Assembly (NCBI GenBank): GCA_050575255.1 | Contig: JBNZDD010013686.1 | Location: 4,797,186-4,861,185 of the forward strand | Source: Harriotta raleighana | Taxonomy: Eukaryota | Reading direction: 5' to 3' | Length of the DNA: 64,000 nucleotides | Shown here: positions 36,967 through 64,000 of the stretch, piece after piece | Numbering within the stretch: position 1 is the stretch's first letter | Layout: each line of letters begins with the position of its first letter | Notes under the pieces: generated by a model | Database searches by the model: none | The model's input: the letters and a program-made list of their open reading frames with translations, nothing else | Told to the model about the DNA's origin: nothing | Translations under genes and position numbers: made by a program

Positions 36967-39364
36967 CACATAAAAGACACAAACCACCCAACCCTCCCCA
37001 TAAGACACTTTTTCTGTAACAAAATTCTCATTTCATAGGAACATTCATAAATTTTAAATGATTTGTTACATCATAAAATAGAACTAATTTGTAGTTATAA
37101 GGATTTTTATACATAATTTAATTACAGTATCTACATTAACATTGTTTGTTCAAAATAGCTTGGCCCTATGATTCAACAAACAATAATGCAAAAGTGCAAA
37201 GAATTCTCATTTCTGTAGGTGAAAAACAACTTGTCACAGAAACCTTTTCTCACAAAAATGCAAGTCCAAATTACATCACCAAAATATAAAGTAACATAAC
37301 AAACTGCCACAGGCAGATTAGTTATGAGTAAAGGACAGGGTCAAATAGACTATGGCAAGCAATGTGTTCCTTTGGGGCTCTATCAATATATATTATATAG
37401 TCTTTTCTCTTCATTCCTGCACACAAATGGGTGCAACATTTCATATAAAACATTTTGTGGAATCCAATCAAATTACACTACGTTATTACCTTAAAAATTT
37501 TATCTTATCTACCAGTTCAACAAAATAATCTCACACATACAATGCATCAATCACTGGGGATGTACAAAACCAGTGCACGATTAAAAACTGGGGCAATACA
37601 TCAATGGACATTTATTGAAGATGAAGATGATCAATAGATTAAAGTAGCAACATTATTTATTGAATACATAGGATTGATTGGCTGTGGGGTGGAGGAAACA
37701 ATTTTGATAAGATCTGGGATTAGTGGGGGCCTTGATTATCAAAGCCAATATACAGAACAGGCCAGTGGCAATGGAGGATAATAGAACTGCGATGCACTGG
37801 GCAAATGCAGAAGAGTAGAATACATTGGTGAGATTTTCTTGGTAAACTTACCATTCCAATAAAAATATACTGCCTTGTCTGGCTTTTCAGGCAGGAGAAA
37901 TTCCAGTAAATTTAGCAATCTTGACAATAATGTGCACTTGTTCAGAACTCCCATGATAAACAAACAAACATCTTTAAAGTGCCTAAATGTAGAAAGCAAC
38001 AAGAGAAATTTCACAAGTATTGTGCAATTGCAGTATTCCTTTGCTGAAGTTAAATTTTCCTGATGTCTGTCTGGCCCCAGTAAATATTAAAAGTAGCAGA
38101 GAGTGCAGTTTACACTGGGACATGTCACCATTTCTTAAGAAAACATGGACATATACATATCTTTTGAGCTCATCTTTGTACGATAAGATCTATGTTATCT
38201 GCAGGTTCAAAACTCAAATTTTATTTCTTCTGTGTTCACTAACAGATGCACAAATGCTCATCTGTTTAGTTGTGCAGGCATTTCATAATATTTGGATTTT
38301 CAGTTCCTGAGAATGTAAAACCACTTTGAAAATCACTTTGAAAACTGGGTCAGTTGTGTGTGTGTATATATACAGTATATAGTATGTTTAAAAAAAACAC
38401 TAAACGGGGTTAGTGTTTTACACAGTGTACAGTACGCTGGTAAAGAGTCTTCTTGGGTTCCACAGTGAATATTTTTGGTTTTTAACCAATGTACATTTTA
38501 TAAGTGGCAGTCAGATTTAAATTAAAAAAGAGTAAAACTATTTTAAAAATAAAATGTGCTATTTTAAATGAGGAGAATCTTTACCACAATGTTAACAGTG
38601 CATTTATCTTAAAAATGCTACTTTGAGTGCACCTATTCATAAATTACTAAAGCAGAATCCGAAATGGCTTTACAACATCCTGCCAATGGCAACGATTAGT
38701 TTCAACAAATCAGTCTATGTAATACAATACCTGACAAAGCCAACCGCACAGTTAACACAGGTTTTAACAAGGTCACTTTTACTAGTTGTTGTACCAGTAA
38801 TTCCGTTTTAAGATTATTTAATGTTTTGAGTTAGTCACAATCGATTTCATGTGGGTGGGGGAGAAAAACAAATTATTTTTGAGTTAGCTAAAGAATCCTT
38901 CCGAAAACTGCATTTAGAAGTTACGACACTTGAACATACCAATTGTTTTCATGAATTCAGCTAGTACTTGGCAAACGACAAATATGTATGAAATTCACAT
39001 TTAGGAGTGGAAGGGGATTTTAAAACAATTACATTTGTATGGATGATGATCTGAAATTGCGGTTTAAGTTTCTCTCACAGACGGGTTAGATGTGAAAATT
39101 AATCTGAAATTTGGTCTGAAGAAAGTGGCTTCTTTTCATGAGAATGACTTAAAAACGAGCCTGTTCTCAGAGGCTGATCTTCTCTTCGTAACTGAGAGCT
39201 GCTGTGGTGAAATCCAGGAGGTAGTGAAATCTGTGCCCATCCCACATGTGGGTTACCAACCCTTCATTCAACTCCTGCCCCAGCAACCTTTCACAAATCT
39301 TGCCATCAAGATATTTGCCATGTGACTGTTCTCGATGCTCTGTCCAATCTTTGCACTTTCTTGG

Positions 39365-62524
<23,160 letters not shown>

Positions 62525-63082
62525 CAGCTCGCCTACACAGCTGGTGTCTCTGTGAAATATGAAAGAACGAAATAGTAAATTACACCTTCAGGTAAACCAA
62601 CAGTATTGCACAATTAGTCGGCAGTGATTCTCCCATCACTTAGGTACTAATAAGGGTCAGACATATTGCTTTGGATGGAAGATTTATCGGTAGGATATAA
62701 TCACATTCTTCATTCATTTTGTGGTGGAATGTGAGACATTACTGTATGCAAATTGGCTGCAGCGGTTGCCTCCATACAAATACACAATCACTACACTCCT
62801 CAATAAAAATCTTGTGAAACACTTTGAGGCGTTTTGATGACATGATAAGGTACTATGATAAGGCCAAATGTATTAAGGATTATGAATATAATAATATGAC
62901 ATTCACAATATCAATAATAATATTACAAATAATAGTGTACTACTGTACCAATAATAATATTAATAATAATAATTTGAGTGTGCTGGAGAACAATCTAATC
63001 TTATGTCACTTGTTTGGATATGACAGAAAATTACTTGGTATTGATTAGTTTACATTTGGTTCCGGAGAGGCACAGTTATTGT

Positions 63083-63369
63083 GAGCTCCTGTAGCTCAGT
63101 GGTTAGAGAGCTTGCCTTACAAGCGAGAGATCTTGGTTCGATTCCAGGCAGGGTGAAACCTTGGGCAAGATTCCTTACTCCACACCCTGATAATAATCCC
63201 TCAAAAAAAAAATGGGGTCACTTTAATCCACAACTGTTTGTGGAAAACTGCTGTGCACAATTGACTTCCAAGTTTTGCCCACATACAGTATATACAGTCA
63301 ATTCTGTGAAGCATTTGAGATGGATAGAAGACGTGAAAAGGGCTGCATCAAATGTAAGGATTATTATTA
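63083..63369 (+). mobile_element. Full-length tRNA-derived SINE, same family
   Basis: A box tagctcagtggttagag, B box ggttcgattcc at 63135-63145, same core and tail. Confidence 0.85.
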
Positions 63370-64000
63370 GTCAACACTTAATCTTTACTTAAATAGGGGA
63401 GGAGGGGAGTAGAGGAGGGAGTTACTGCTCTATGATCAAACCAACAAGGGAGATACTGAAGGTGCTACCAGATTTGCCACAGATCACAATAAATCTCTTT
63501 ACTATTGGATTTATAGCTTAACCAGGAACTTGCGTGAATGAACTTACAAAGACAGGATAAAGGAGTTGAACACTTTTAACTCTGGCACTCTTGCTTGTGA
63601 GTCCAGCTAGCTGGAGCAATATTGAGTGCAACAATCATAGGTATTGAGGCTGCCACATGGTTATGAGTATTTCTGTTCTTCAGACTTTCTTTTTGCCTTT
63701 ACCCATAGTCTTGATCTCATGGAATCACCAGTGCAAATTGTGCACTTCACTCAGACTGTTGTAAGTTATTGATTTTTCTTTCAGACAGGATTTATTAATA
63801 ATATTCATTGAAGGATCCAATTCCGAATCTTGTTCAAAGGGGATTCAAACCTTGTTAATATTTAACCAGATCAATAACCAATAACCAGGTCCATTTAAAA
63901 GTGTGCCTTAACTAAAGGAACTCCCCAAATTCCAGCTAACACAAATGCAACATTCCGTTCATAATACACAAGATAATTTTTATTTGACACAGCAATTTAG

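Noticed and set aside
63083-63155. tRNA gene (TAC anticodon-like loop)
   Set aside because: Continues directly into the SINE core and tail, as at 59466 and 12070; a SINE head, not a tRNA gene

Overview
AT-rich vertebrate genomic DNA, with no prokaryote-type features. The repeat content (tRNA/Deu-domain SINEs, L2 and CR1 tails, Penelope-type palindromes) and compact introns suggest a cartilaginous fish, possibly a chimaera (inference). Two multi-exon genes lie tail-to-tail. On +, TBC1D8B has 21 coding exons (10011-34649, 3396 nt, 1131 aa by my splicing). On -, a CLOCK/NPAS2-family bHLH-PAS gene has 20 coding exons (62524-39365, 2535 nt, 844 aa from the first visible ATG). All exon phases are compatible in both genes. 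Residues and synteny suggest the second gene is the intact ancestral form of PASD1 (teleost clock2/npas2 lineage) rather than true NPAS2 or CLOCK. Other highlights: two TSD-flanked palindromic elements with minimal hammerhead-ribozyme cores, a GC-AG intron, paired inverted ZNF143 motifs in the TBC1D8B promoter, a ~175-bp near-perfect intronic inverted repeat, two TA-flanked MITEs and several single-N assembly duplications. Homology statements come from recalled sequences, not searches.
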